Shown one piece after another: positions 37,807 through 50,695 of a stretch of 64,000 nucleotides of DNA (positions within the stretch are counted from its first letter, which is position 1; each line of letters begins with the position of its first letter). The stretch is from Felis catus (Eukaryota), in NCBI RefSeq assembly GCF_018350175.1, contig NC_058368.1, forward strand, positions 182,220,001-182,284,000, written 5' to 3'. A program made the position numbers and the translations under genes. Under the pieces are notes generated by a model. The model did no database searches. It had not been told where the DNA came from and saw nothing but the letters and a program-made list of their open reading frames with translations.

Positions 37807-40039
37807 TCTCTCTCTCTTTTTTTTTTCCAAGTGCTGAAAGCCAGAAAGAATTATACATGTAGTTATAATATAAAAGTACCCCAAGGAGTAATACCCTCCA
37901 AGGAGTCATCCCAGTAAGTGCTTCAACTTTCCTTAAAGTTGGGCAAAAAGGCCAAATCCACAGGTGGAAAAGGCATATTCCATCAAGGAGCTTGGGCCAG
38001 AACCCATCTCAATTATTTAGTGTGAGCACCAGATATATCCAGGCAAAATACAGCAAATTAAATGGGATCATCACACTTGGTGACCAGGTTGCCTTGGTGG
38101 AAACATAGGACACATGCTCATTTGTTTTAGGATGGATTATGGTGTGGGGAGATTTTGCTGATATCCAAACAGAATTTTAATGTGTGTTGGAGCAAAGAAG
38201 AACTTGGTGGGAGGAGGGAGGAGACTCACTCTATAATAGGTTAGGATTTGCTTTGTACTAATCTACCTTTCCATCAAACTTTCATATCTGACCGCCAAAT
38301 AATATATACAGCGGTCAGGTCCTGTGCAGCCAAGCCCAAAGATAATGTTTTGTCAATTTATCTCTGGACATATTTTCACTGCCCAGTGCAAGAAAGGAGG
38401 TGTGCCATGTGCAAACATCTTTCTATTCAACAGAGTTACATCAGTATCGTAAAGATGGGCTATCATTGGGAAAAACTCATTGTGAAAGAAAGGGAAATGA
38501 GAGTAATTTTTTAATACTCCAAAGCAAAAAGTGTAGTGCCGGTAATTGATTTTTTCAAAACGTATTTGAGTCAATTTGAATATCGTGTTCTCTTAAATAT
38601 ACAATACAATTTTCACATATATGCTGTTGACAATCCTCTAAATTGAAGCGAATGTGGATAAAATGAGAGCCACTTGAATTTGCATTGCTTATCAAACAGA
38701 GTGAGATAAGCACTATTGCTTTCAAAATTTTACAGTGGAAAAATGTTTATCTCTGGCTTTGGACTTGGTTGCCCTAAGACTAGCAACAAATGGTGCCAAA
38801 TTCTACTCTCAGAACTTGCTTTGTGCACAATTCTACAGAGCAATGACAAAGCCAAAGATCAAAGCTTGGAGCCTTCAAGGAATGTATTAAAATATATTAT
38901 AAACTCTTGATTTATAAAATACGCAGGATTAAAACCCCCAAAAAGAGTTTCTACTCCTTATTTTATGATGTTCTAAGTATCCTCAGAAGCTTAGTACTGA
39001 TTTGATTTTACAATTTTGAATTTCCCCAAATAAATATCTGACCATAATTACTGCCAATTGCTAAAGTTGTAACATTGTCATGAGAGAATACCCAAATGTA
39101 TGTCAAAATCTAGTACCAATACATTTTGCTTTGTCATAGTGCCCTACAATCTTTGAATGTCCTCTAAGTCAGATGATGTGAGAGTGAATCCGGGCCATAA
39201 AAGTTTTCTCTGCCAAAGGCCTGTGTTCTCTTGGTGCCGTTCATAATTTTTGACGAAAGAGATGTGTATAAAAATGGAGAAACTGACTAGTGAGGCCAAT
39301 TCTGGCACATGGCTTATTTTATCTTTATGTCAACTTCTTGGCTTTGAGTGAACATTCTTTCTGTCCTTGCTAAGTATCCAATATCTCTTGAAAGACATAA
39401 TTATTAAATGAGAGTCATATGTAAACTGCTTAACATCTAGTAATTATTGACTTAGCAGAGTGTAGCTACTTTTCTTTGCAATTAAGAGACAGTCTGTGCT
39501 ATTTGACTTTCCTTATATCTGAAGATTCTGGAATAGATTTTCCAGAAGGACAAAAAAAATGCCATTTGGGTTGTTGTTGCTATTTTTAAACTATATGTTT
39601 GTGTGTTTAAGAAAGATGACTTTCTTTTTTTTACCACTTCTGCTCTGGAGCAATGAAAAGACATCAAATCTTGTGAAACATTCCTGAACTCAAGCCACTA
39701 ACTTCACTGCTGAGTCAGAGCTAGTTTCCATGTCTTATATTTACATCACAAATATGCATCCCTGCAGAGCTTGAAATGTTTGTTACTGGCTTCAGACATT
39801 CAAATACAGATTCTGTTTGGTGATCAACTTGTCACTGTTGAGAAAGTAGACTCTCAAGCATGCCTTGCTTTCTTAATTCTGGAATTAGTCTCACCACACC
39901 CCAATTTCTCCGATTCAAGTTCAGTTTCGATTTTCTCTGCCACCCTCCACCCCATGATATCTCATCAGTTCTCAGGGTCCAGGTAAAATAAATAAGCATG
40001 TATTAAGTGAAGTCATTATCATTTCATACAACGTAACTC

Positions 40040-40180
40040 TAATAGATTGAACAATTCTCTGCATTTGACCCTCAGGCCAGTTCAGTACATTTGGTTCTGC
40101 ATGGCTTTTGTCCTCATCTGTAAAATGAGTCACTTGGGTGAGATATTCTCAAAGATCAAGGGCTGGAATCCCATGATTCA
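40040..40180 (+). mobile_element. MIR relic
   Basis: TCCTCATCTGTAAAATGAG core. Confidence 0.55.
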
Positions 40181-40713
40181 GAGACATGCAATCCTCTGCT
40201 TTGCACCAACAGCTATATATATAGCTTTCTATAATATATATATATATATAGTATGCACATCAAAAATGAATAACTTTTCTGAGAAAAACTGTTTCTGCAT
40301 AAACCCAGGTTTCTCTGTCTCACCCAGATGTGAGCAGGGCTTGTCTTCCCAATCACTTGTATAGATAAGATATACTTTCTTTGGCAGGGGCAGGGGAGAA
40401 TCCATTTTCCTCAGATGTCTGTATATTCCTACAGGGCTGACATCCTCGACTCCTTTGGTACCAGCACCTTGCTCTAAGTTCAATTTATGGATCACCCAAA
40501 TGCCGTTCACAGGCCACCTTTATTCTATGACACTGACCCAAGTGTGGAACACAGTTGTCTTCAGTACTACCATCAACAGTGATCCTTACACAAGATTTTT
40601 CTAGAGAGCAGCTTTACTGAGGGTTTAAGAAAGATGGTGGAGGCATTGTATTGGAGCAACAAAAACAACTGGTAATCATATACAGAACATCACCTTTTAA
40701 AGATGTCTTTGGA

Positions 40714-41437
40714 AAAGGCCATATTTCATTTTTTCTCATTGCCACGTAGTATTCCATTGTGTATATAAACCACAATTTCTTTATCCATTCATCAGTTGAT
40801 GGACATTTAGGCTCTTTCCATAATTTGGCTATTGTTGAGAGTGCTGCTATGAACATTGGGGTACAAGTGGCCCTATGCATCAGTCCTCCTGTATCCCTTG
40901 GATAAATTCCTAGCAGTGCTATTGCTGGGTCATAGGGTAGGTCTATTTTTAATTTTCTGAGGAACCTCCACACTGCTTTCCAGAGCGGCTGCACCAATTT
41001 GCATTCCCACCAACAGTGCAAGAGGGTTCCCGTTTCTCCACATCCTCTCCAGCATCTATAGTCTCCTGATTGGTTCATTTTGGCAATATGGCCTTTTGTA
41101 GCAACGTGGATGGAACTGGAGAGTGTGATGCTAAGTGAAATAAGCCATACAGAGAAAGACAGATACCATATAGTTTCACTCTTATGTGGATCCTGAGAAA
41201 CTTAACAGGAACCCATGGGGGAGGGGAAGGAAAAAAAAAAAAAAGAGGTTAGAGTGGGAGAGAGCCAAAGCATAAGAGGCTGTTAAAAACTGAGAACAAA
41301 CTGAGGGTTGATGGGGGGTGGGAGGGAGGAGAGGGTGGGTGATGGGTATTGAGGAGGCCACCTTTTGGGATGAGCAATGGGTGTTGTATGGAAACCAATT
41401 TGTCAATAAATTTCATATAAAAAAACCCCCCCAAAAA
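40714..41437 (+). mobile_element. Young felid L1, 5'-truncated with 5' inversion (antisense 40714-41084, sense 41085-41437)
   Basis: 15-bp TSD AAAGATGTCTTTGGA at 40699-40713 and 41438-41452; minus ORF 40614-41078 is an uninterrupted L1 ORF2 C-terminus ([25 protein letters not shown]). Confidence 0.95.
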
Positions 41438-41874
41438 AAAGATGTCTTTGGATATATTTCTTTGCCATCCCCTTTCCCCTCCTTGTGTCTACTGGGTCAT
41501 ATAAAACAGAGCCATTTAGCTATCACTTTATTATCTTATCTCCTATCCAATTGCTGAGTAGGTGAGACTAGTTTAAGAGGCTTCTGAAGGTATTTCCTTA
41601 AACACAATTTGCTCTCTAAGGGGAATTCTGGTATAAGCATGTCAAATATCTTTCCCTCATGACAGATACATTCTAACACTCTTCCCTCTCTATTTTTTTG
41701 GTTGTTCTAATGAAGCAGTCATAAAAGACATCAATTACTAGCAATGATTGCATTTTTTTTAATTTGGCTTACTCTAGTCTCTCTTATAGGAAGAAAACAG
41801 GCTAGAAGTATATCCATAAAAAACAAAGTAAAAGGGGACAAATAGGGTAGCAATATTACTCCCTTCTTCTAACA

Positions 41875-41879
<5 letters not shown>

Positions 41880-41925
<46 letters not shown>
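41880..41925. repeat. (TG)n microsatellite
   Basis: Perfect TG run. Confidence 0.95.
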
Positions 41926-41928
<3 letters not shown>

Positions 41929-42019
41929 GGCCTTGTGTGTTTTCTCCCAGTAACAGCTCTTGATCTGAAAAAAAAACAGTTAATTACTTTGTTTTCCTTA
42001 TAATTTTCTTCTTTTGCAG

Positions 42020-42154
42020 GCATGACTGCTACCCTTTTTCAGTCAGAGAATCTTTATCTAAGGGCACACAGACACCAGCATATCGCATCACACTGTCATT
42101 CGTTTCCAGAAAAGTTGTAGAGACATCCTGTTTTGGTTTTCGATTATTGTTTTG
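42020..42154 (+). other. Candidate spliced exon (135 nt) of an unidentified transcript
   Basis: Acceptor TTTTCTTCTTTTGCAG|G with ~38-nt AG-free zone; donor TTG|GTAAAT; one frame open throughout. Confidence 0.35.
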
Positions 42155-42801
42155 GTAAATAGAACCCCATTTGACCGTTGACTCACATTACTGTCTCTAA
42201 GACGATTTATTTTCACTTATGCTTAAACAACTACTCCCAAGAGCACCTCTCTTTTATGCCTGGATCTTGTGTCTCCTTTCTTCTTGCCTTCTTGAAGAGT
42301 AGTTAAGGATTGGTAATAAACGTTTAAAGTCACCAGGGGACCTGGCTACTTAAAAAAAGTGGAAAAGAAGTATACCTTTATTTTCAAAACGTGGGTCTTG
42401 AATAATTAGAATAATTGCCGCTACTTAAATTTTCTGTAAGACTAAGAAAATCACCAAGACTGATGTTTACTTGGCTTTTTGCAGAGAAGTGACAAGCATC
42501 CACTTGCTGGTTGTATCAACAATAGAATTCTGTCTATACCAAGGTTTAGAAAAAACAAAGGGAACTTTTTCTTTGACTTCTAGAGACTTCCCCTGCTCCC
42601 CCAAGAAGGAGCAAGATTTGCATTAAGAGATTTAGTTCTGACTAGTGTGCTGGGTTTGGTGGTGTGTGCTCTTTTACTGTGAGGCAAGTATAAGGAGAGA
42701 GTACACCTGGGTCTGAGGACAGATGTGTCACATTATTGCCAAAGGTAACAATGGTTTAGTATTCACTGATATTTACTGCTCCAAAAGATTGTTTTGTACC
42801 T

Positions 42802-43015
42802 GGGGCACCTGGGTGGCTCAGTTGGTTAAGTGTCCAACTTCAGTTCAGGTCATGATCTCATGAAACCTGCATGATCTCGTGGGTTTGAGCCCCGCATCAG
42901 GCTCTGTGCTCACAGCTCGGAGCCTAGAGCCTGCCTCGGATTCTGTGGCTCCCTCTCTCAGTACCCCTCTCCTGCTCATGATCTGCCTGTATCTCAAAAA
43001 TAAATAAACATTAAA
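42802..43015 (+). mobile_element. Can-SINE with internal CATGATCTC duplication
   Basis: TSD AAAAGATTGTTTTGTA(C/T)CT at 42783-42801 and 43016-43034. Confidence 0.95.
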
Positions 43016-43562
43016 AAAAGATTGTTTTGTATCTTTGAAACTCCTAAATGTCAGACTAGGGAGACAAAATGGATGCGGAAAGTCCCAGCTCTTCTCTTCT
43101 ACCCTCAAATGAGCCTAGAAACGTTGTCAAAGCTACCTTGCATGGGTCTACTCAAGTCAAGTCCATAGCCCCTGAGTCTAAAGCGGCTCTTTTGTTGTTC
43201 CATTAATACAAAAGTCAGGGCTTAAAGTCATATGATACACTTAACCAATCAATATTTGCTTCAAATTTACAAGGTGGCAAATTCTTCCTTCTATTCTTTC
43301 TCAAGATTCTACTGTGAAACATCATGCCTTGAAAAAAAGCTAATATTGGAATCTCTTTTCCTATCTTTCTCTCTTTTATAGCATTTAGAATTTTCATTTT
43401 TTTACTTAGATTTCTTTCTCTGTCTATTCGATTTTTTCTGTCTTACAAAAATAGAAATGAGCGGAAACAAAAATATGTTTATCACAAGGAGAAATCAGAG
43501 AATAAGAAAAAAGGAGAAAATTGCCATTTTACATTTCTATATATGCTTAATATGTTTATGAC

Positions 43563-43565
<3 letters not shown>

Positions 43566-43608
<43 letters not shown>
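43566..43608. repeat. (TG)n microsatellite
   Basis: Perfect TG run. Confidence 0.95.
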
Positions 43609-43609
<1 letters not shown>

Positions 43610-44789
43610 GTGTAGGGTTATGGTATTTTCTGTTGTGTTCTAATTTTAAACAATTTTAACAATAGACCTCCTTTGAAATCAGTAGGTATACGGTCTTATT
43701 TAATATCAATAAAATTTATGCAAGGTAAGCAGGGAACATGCTTCTCCCCTCACTCATCTTGGAACTAAAGGAACCACAATAGAGAGAGATGAAGCAGTTT
43801 GCCTGAAGCCATGCAGCCAGTTAGAGGCACTCTGTAACTAGCACCTAAGTCTGATCACACCGTGCCCACATCTTGCTGTCACAGATCATGTTTTCTAAGG
43901 AATCCAGGTCAGATCCTGCATTCTCTGTGGCTCAATGTCTCCTCAAACCAGACCCAGACTGTTCTCAGCCCCACTGGACATCCAAATTGTCTGATGCCTT
44001 TCTGCCTCATGCATATATCACTTTGGATGTGTCCATAATAAATCTCGTGTTGTCCTTCTCTGACTCCGTGTTTGTCATCGTTCAGGTGATTTCAATCATT
44101 TTTAGCTGTGAGTCATGTACACAATCTCTCCCTGTGTTACACTTAGTCCTAAGTTTCATCAATATGTTTAAAGCAGCACCACCTCTCAGATACAAAGGCA
44201 TTTGCTTTATTTGGTGTTTGGGAGGAGTGGATTTTCTTTTTGATACTCAGATTATCTAATAGGAAAAATAGCTGGACTACAAAAGAAGCTACTTCCTCAC
44301 TCATTTGGAGCCTTGCTTTCCTCTGCCATTTATGGCAGGTAATAATGGGGTTGTAGTCACAGGCTTCTCCACAGTCCAGGACACAAACAATCTAAGGGGA
44401 CAGTGTCACCTGAACCTCAGAGATTATTTTTAAAAGACAGTTTATGGCAAAAACTTCACTTGAATGAAGGAAAGGGATGTTGAGAGCATTGACTGGTTTT
44501 ATTTTTGTGGTTGTTAACTGCCACAGTAAGTGAAGGAATTACTGACTTACACGGGTATTACAAAGGCTTTACCAGGGATGGCTGAAGACAGCTTTCTCTC
44601 TCTCTTTCTCTCCCCCCCTCCCAAAAAAAAGGATATATGATACTTGTCCATTAAAAAATGGATAATGTGCTAAAATTGCACATTCCTTTTGTTTCAAACA
44701 CTTATTAACATAGGGCGTGCAAATATATCCAAGTGGAATCGGAGTATGCGCCATGCAGCATATTATTCAGTTTCAATTAGACATACTAG

Positions 44790-44950
44790 CTCCATGACTT
44801 AGGGCCAGGCCTCTTTCCTCAGTAAGAAAGGAGAATAATAAAATACTGTAAAACATAACAAGCTTTTTGAGATTTTTGTGAGATAAATGAGATGATAATA
44901 TTTGCAAAGTATTTAACATAGTATGTAGCACATAGGAAGCAATTATGCTC
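44790..44950 (+). mobile_element. MIR relic
   Basis: TGTGAGATAAATGAGATGATAATATTTGCAAAGTATTTAACATAGTATGTAGCACATAG. Confidence 0.65.
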
Positions 44951-45139
44951 TTTATAAGCAGACCCTGTCAGCAATGATTACCCTCATTCAACTCTGCAGA
45001 CTGAAACCATCCACAGTCTTCCTTTGTACATCCAGAAGCTCATATATGTGGGCTTACACTTGTTCATAGGAACTACTCAGATAGCTTCAAAGCAAGCACA
45101 TGATAGCAGTTCTTATTGTCCTTAATAGAACATAACTGG

Positions 45140-45310
45140 TTCATTAAACAAATATTAAGTGCCCACTTTTTTCCCAGCACACTTTTAAAGGTTTGGGACA
45201 CATCAGAGAATAAAACAACGAACATACTTGTCCTTGTTGAACTTATCTTCTAACATTGGTGAGACTTATAATAAACATAATAAAAAAAAACTAAATTATA
45301 TGGCACAGAA
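45140..45310 (-). mobile_element. L2 3' relic
   Basis: TTCATTAAACAAATATTAAGTGCCCACT...CCAGCAC...TGTCCTTGTTGAACTTATCTTCTA. Confidence 0.6.
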
Positions 45311-45894
45311 CAGGGCAAGATAGATCATGAGTATCCAGACAGGAGAGAATGTGAGTGTATATTATGATAATAATTGTAGTTGTAGTAATGATAACATCAA
45401 CAAGTAGTCTGAGTGGCCAAATTGCTCATCTTGCAACTAGTCCCATGGAACCGGTTCTACGAATCAGCAGTGGTAGAGGAAGAATGGGCAATGTACTACA
45501 TTATGGAGTCTCTAAGGAAGGGTAGTTCTCAGTGTTTTAGAATAGGAATAAACAAAATTAATACAGCCAGGTCTCTGATATATGCACTAATTGATAGGCT
45601 TAAGAATCAAGTATAGGTCTAATAAACAAATTGCAAACAATTACTTCTCATTTGGCTTTCTATTTGGTCTTCCATGTCTTCTACGGGTGATGAGTTTTCC
45701 TTTCTGTTCATGTGTTTTACTGGTTCTGACACCAGCCTTCATTTCCTCAATCCAGCCTACATAATAAAGTGGTAAAGTGGCAGAGGGTGTTAAAGCAGAT
45801 CAGAAGTCAGTCATTGATAGAATTGTGAGGGTTGATTGTGTTTCTAAAATTAATGTAGGGCAAGAGAGTCCTTATGACATTATAAACCGTTGTT

Positions 45895-46098
45895 TTTGTT
45901 TGTTTCTTTTTATTTTAGAGAGAGAGTGTGTGTGTACATGTGAGGAGGGGAGAGGGATAGAGAGAGGGAGAGAGTCTCAAGCAGGGTCCACACTCAGCAC
46001 AGAGCCTGACGTGGAGCTCGATCCCATGATGCCAGGATCATGATCTGAGCCAAAATCAAGAGTTGGACACTCAACCGATTGAGCCACCCAGGCACCCC
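45895..46098 (-). mobile_element. Can-SINE whose head and flank are tandemly duplicated
   Basis: TSD TAAAC(C/T)GTTGTT at 45883-45894 and 46099-46110. Confidence 0.9.
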
Positions 46099-46280
46099 TA
46101 AACTGTTGTTGTTGTTACTGTTGTTGTTGTTGTTTGTAATAATAAGACTCTACTGAGAAGTATATGCCAGCAGGATCATGACCTGAGCCAAAATCAAGAG
46201 TTGGACACTCAACTGACTGAACCACCCAGGTACCCCTAAACTGTTTTTTTGTAATAGTAATACTCTACTGAGAAGTATAT
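46031..46280. repeat. Tandem duplication (46031-46165 and 46166-46280)
   Basis: Both copies run CAGGATCATGA..TGAGCCAAAATCAAGAGTTGGACACTCAAC...CTCTACTGAGAAGTATAT. Confidence 0.9.
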
Positions 46281-47594
46281 TCAGGTTACCAAATATCAAA
46301 AATTTGCTCATTAAAGAAATAATAAGAGGAGAAGGAATATTGTAAACCTGTGATCTAAATCAAAAGAAGAAAGTTGAATAACTGAAGTTTAATTCTCACC
46401 AATTTTAAAGGATATGTCCTCCAGTAGAGAGGGAATTTTTCATGGCTGACATTTATTCTTTATGTAGATTACTGTATGCAGGGCCATATTTTGCTCATTC
46501 GTTTAGTAGACTATTAGATGTTTGGTCTTCGTGCATGATCTCATGGACTGAAAAGCATACATTAATCAGTCCATAATTAATTTAATCTAGTATTCAGGAT
46601 TTATAGTTTATGTATTTCTTCTAATACCTACAAATAATAAAATAATGAATGAAGTGTGTAAGACCCACTTTATTTTTCCTTTAATTGTAGCCTCTGGGTC
46701 AACACTTCTAACCAGAGGTTGCCCTTAATCCAACTAACTCTTCCTGGGCACAAAGTAGTTTTTTCCACTTCTCTTGCAAAGAATGAAAGTGGTCTTAGAG
46801 ATGATTTACAAGTATAAAATTTTGTCTTTAAATGTACAACATCTCACATTTAAAGAAGACAACTAAAAACAAGACATAATCATCTCCTGGTATAACTTCT
46901 TGTTTAGAAACAACTCTGAGGTAAACATTTCCAAGGTAGGCTTTCAACTTCCTCATTTGAGCACAATGTTGGGAAGAACCTTGTTAAAAGATAACTCCAT
47001 ATTATTTATCAGGCACCCATTGGAATATCACTTTGTAGTAGGCAATATTATAGGAACCAATAAGTATTTTTTTTTATATCATATATTTCTTCTTCCACTA
47101 AGAAGATTTCCTGTGCTCTGAAGGCATCATTTTTATGAGTTTATTTGATCAATGAAGGAGAACTCTAGGTGTTTTCTATTTATTCTTAGCCTTTTAAAAT
47201 ATGTTATGGTTCAAGCAAGGATTAAGTAGCTTTTTGCTGCAATACTGTTGATTGGTGGTGGTTTTTATTTTCTTTTAATTTATTGAGTTTTGAAATTGTC
47301 TGCTCTGTAGGGGTCAAATATTTGAGAAGTAGTAGTAATAGAAATACTAGGATGAAAAAGACCATGAGAAGAAAAATGAAAAGTATTGAAAGAGATGCTC
47401 TGTGTTTATGAGGGTTGTGCTATCTCTACTTTTCATCTTATGGAAGAGAAGCTTGAGAATGACTGGGTCCAATGAACGTGCTGAATAGCTGTGTTAACCA
47501 AGCATTACCAGGAAAAATAGTGTCATGAAAAAATAAGTTTTACAAATAATTGATGCTTAAATTTGTAGTACAAGACTTAAAAAAAAAAAAAAGA

Positions 47595-47820
47595 GGGGCG
47601 CCTGGGTGGCTCAGTCGGTTAAGTGTCCGACTTCGGCTCAGGTGATGGTTTCGCGGTCTGTGGGTTCCAGCCCCGCGTCGGGCTCTGTGCTGACAGCTCA
47701 GAGCCTGGAGCCTGCTTCCGATTCTGTGTCTCCCTCTCTCTCTGACCCTCCCCCGTTCAGGCTCTGTCTCTCCCTGTCTCAAAAAAAATAAATAAACATT
47801 AAAAAAAATTCAAAAAAAAA
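47595..47820 (+). mobile_element. Can-SINE, young
   Basis: Many intact CpGs, full structure, inserted in an A-run (AAAAAAAAAGA TSD). Confidence 0.95.
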
Positions 47821-48473
47821 GATTTCAAATATTTTGACTCTAAGTATCTCTGAATGCATTCCATTCTTCTCTGCTTTTGTCCAGAATGTACTTAATATAA
47901 TTTTATTATAGAATATGCTGGAATTTTTATTGATAAAGTTGGATCAATATTACAAATATTGCATTTGTATTCCAATTAGTATTTTTTTAATTAGGATTCC
48001 AAATATTAATTTTAATTAATTCATGCCCGATTAAGGTACTCTAAATTACTTATTAATGTTAACATGGATGACTGTGTATTTAACATAGCTGTCCTTTCAC
48101 TATATGGTTCTGTAAACATTTGTTTTTATATTTTTATAATTAATATAGATCTTGTCTTTTTTACAGCCAGCTGTCACACCCCATGGTTGTTTATTCTAAC
48201 TTCCTGTTTTTCTACCTATAATTAATATCACTAACAATTAAAAACCTGTCAATCCTTTATAGTTTCATGTAACACTTCTATAACCGTTTTCACATATAAT
48301 CACACCAATGTTAGGAGAAAAAGTAATAATCACATACATTAAGTGACTTGCTTGCATCTCTTACTCCCTCTCTAGAGGAAGAAAAAGGACCAACAATTTG
48401 AATTTGGGGGTGGGGGAAGAAAACTCCGGCTGAATATAAAGGATGGATTTCTAAAATTAGAAAATGTACAACA

Positions 48474-48699
48474 GGGACATCTCGGTGGCTCAGCTGGTCA
48501 AGCATCCAATTCTTGATTTTGGCTCAAGTCATGATCTCATTGTTCATGAGCTCAAGACCCACAACTCTGTTCTGAACTCTGTTCAGGCTCTGCGCTGACA
48601 GTGTGGAGCCTGCTTTCGATTCTCCCTCTCCCTCTCTCTGCCTCTCTCTCTCTCTCAAATTAAATAACAAGCATTTTTAAAATATAAAAAAAAAAGAAT
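48474..48699 (+). mobile_element. Can-SINE, older subfamily
   Basis: TSD AAAAT(G/A)TACAACA; internal ACTCTGTTC duplication. Confidence 0.88.
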
Positions 48700-49326
48700 A
48701 AAATATACAACAATGGACTTTACCATCATAGCCTTCCTAATTCTATTGGAAATGATGATCTTCAACAATTAAAATCAACTGGAATTGAGATATTAAAGCA
48801 TTTCACTTGCTAAGGGGAAAAAATTAAGTCTTCAAAAGCTTCTAAAGCAACAGGCCCAGAACAGAAAAAGAGAACACAGAGCCTCCATCACAAGAATATT
48901 ACCCTAGAAAGCCAATCTATGGATTCTGGGAGATGATGTACTTGTCATGTTATAATATTATAAGTAGACAAAATTAGAACAGTAGGAAAAAGAGATCATC
49001 TCCTGGTATAGATGAGTGGCAAATAGATGGATAAAGAAGTCTGGTTGAGGTTTGCAATGAGGGTATCTTACAGGGAGGAAGATGGGAGATGACACAATTT
49101 CTGGCATCAAACTTGGGAGCCCAGGTCTATCTGGTTGATACAGCACACTCCCAGCCTCTCACTGGCATGACTTGTGAGAAACTAGAGATTCATTCAACAT
49201 AGTACAGAGTCTACTCAAATTGGTTTATATTTTCAGTACTTCAGACTCTAAAATAAGCTAACATCCAGTCTTTTATGTAAAATGAATAACCTTTATAAAA
49301 TTTATTTATTAAAAAAAACCTCCTCT

Positions 49327-49542
49327 GGGGCGCCTGGGTGGCTCAGTCAGTTAAGCATCTGATTTTAGCTCAGGTCACGATCTTGCAGTCCATGAGTTCG
49401 AGCCCCGCGTTGGGCTCTGGGCTGATGGCTCAGAGTCTAGAGCCTGCTTCCGATTCTGTGTCTCTCTCTCTCTCTGCCCCTCCCCCGTTCATGCTCTGTC
49501 TCTGTCTCAAAAATAAATAAACATTTAAAAAAAATAAAAAAT
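49327..49542 (+). mobile_element. Can-SINE, SINEC_Fc type
   Basis: TSD AAAACCT(C/T)CTCT. Confidence 0.95.
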
Positions 49543-49889
49543 AAAACCTTCTCTGTCCATAAAACATTAGCTAATTAAAGCATATACTGAGGTTTCATTT
49601 CTAATTCCAACGACCATCAAAACCTTTCACAGGCGAATCCTTTAATCTTTGCTTGTTCCATAAACCACCTGCTCAATGGAATTAGGTAGATTCTCCTTTC
49701 TTTTGGAACCTATTGTTCAAATTTAATTATTAAGGTTTTCTTGCTACTTCATTGAACTGGTAGCCTCAATCACCTAAACGGGATCTTCTTCTTCCTTAAT
49801 TCTCTTATCAGTACCACACTAATTGCTGAGAACTTTCTCTGGGTCCCTTTTACCAGTCTTTCCAGCCTTTTTCTTGGTAACTGTTCAAT

Positions 49890-50695
49890 TCTGTACAGAC
49901 AGTCTCATTATGTATCTATCACTAGCTTGAAACTTTCTTCCTGACACCAGATATGCATGCTTATTGGACATTTACAACTGAATATATTATAATCACATCA
50001 AACTCATAAGCTCTACCCTTACTTTATCATTTTTATGTCCCAATTTCTATTAATGACACTAGTTCCTGTGTCCTCTAACTCACATTTTTTGAGAGAGAAA
50101 GAAACAAAAGTAACACTGTATAAACAATGACTCTCTTACCTCACTATCTTCACATCTATAACTCTCATTTTTACAGATTACATCCTACCTTATTATTTCA
50201 TCATTGGTAGAATGAATAGCTGTGGTTCTTTATCTCTGTTGTTTTGTTTTCCCCAATCCTTCTTACACATGGCTGCCAAAATAATCTTCCAAAATACATG
50301 GCTCTGATTGTGTTATTCCTCTACTCAAAAACATTCACCAGTACAAATCCACTTAATCACAAACTCCTCAGTCTGTTGTTCATGGTTCTTTACACTCTAG
50401 CCTTAAACCACCTTCTGAATCTAAATTCCCAATTTTTCCATCACATGAGGCAATACCCAGATTCTGCTGATAATTTTACTTTTCTTTGCATATGTTCTAA
50501 ACATTCGTACTTTATTTTTGCCTTCTGCCTGAGATACCAGCTCACATATACGCCTTGTGAATGTGTTCTTATTTTGCAAATATACTTCCTCCAACCTATG
50601 TGACATCTGTCTACTTTGAACCCTCCCAGAAATGAGCCAAGGGACTTACACATAGGTTCCAAATAAATACTTAACAAATTCAAATGGATTAAATA
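49890..50695 (+). mobile_element. L2 relic
   Basis: GCTTATTGGACATTTACAACTG, TCTGATTGTGTTATTCCTCTACTCAAAA, AAACTCCTCAGTCTG; ends AATACTTAACAAATTCAAATGGATTAAAT. Confidence 0.65.

Noticed and set aside
40614..41078. 154-aa ORF, the longest in the window
   Set aside because: C-terminal fragment of L1 ORF2 inside an inverted L1 piece; not a host gene
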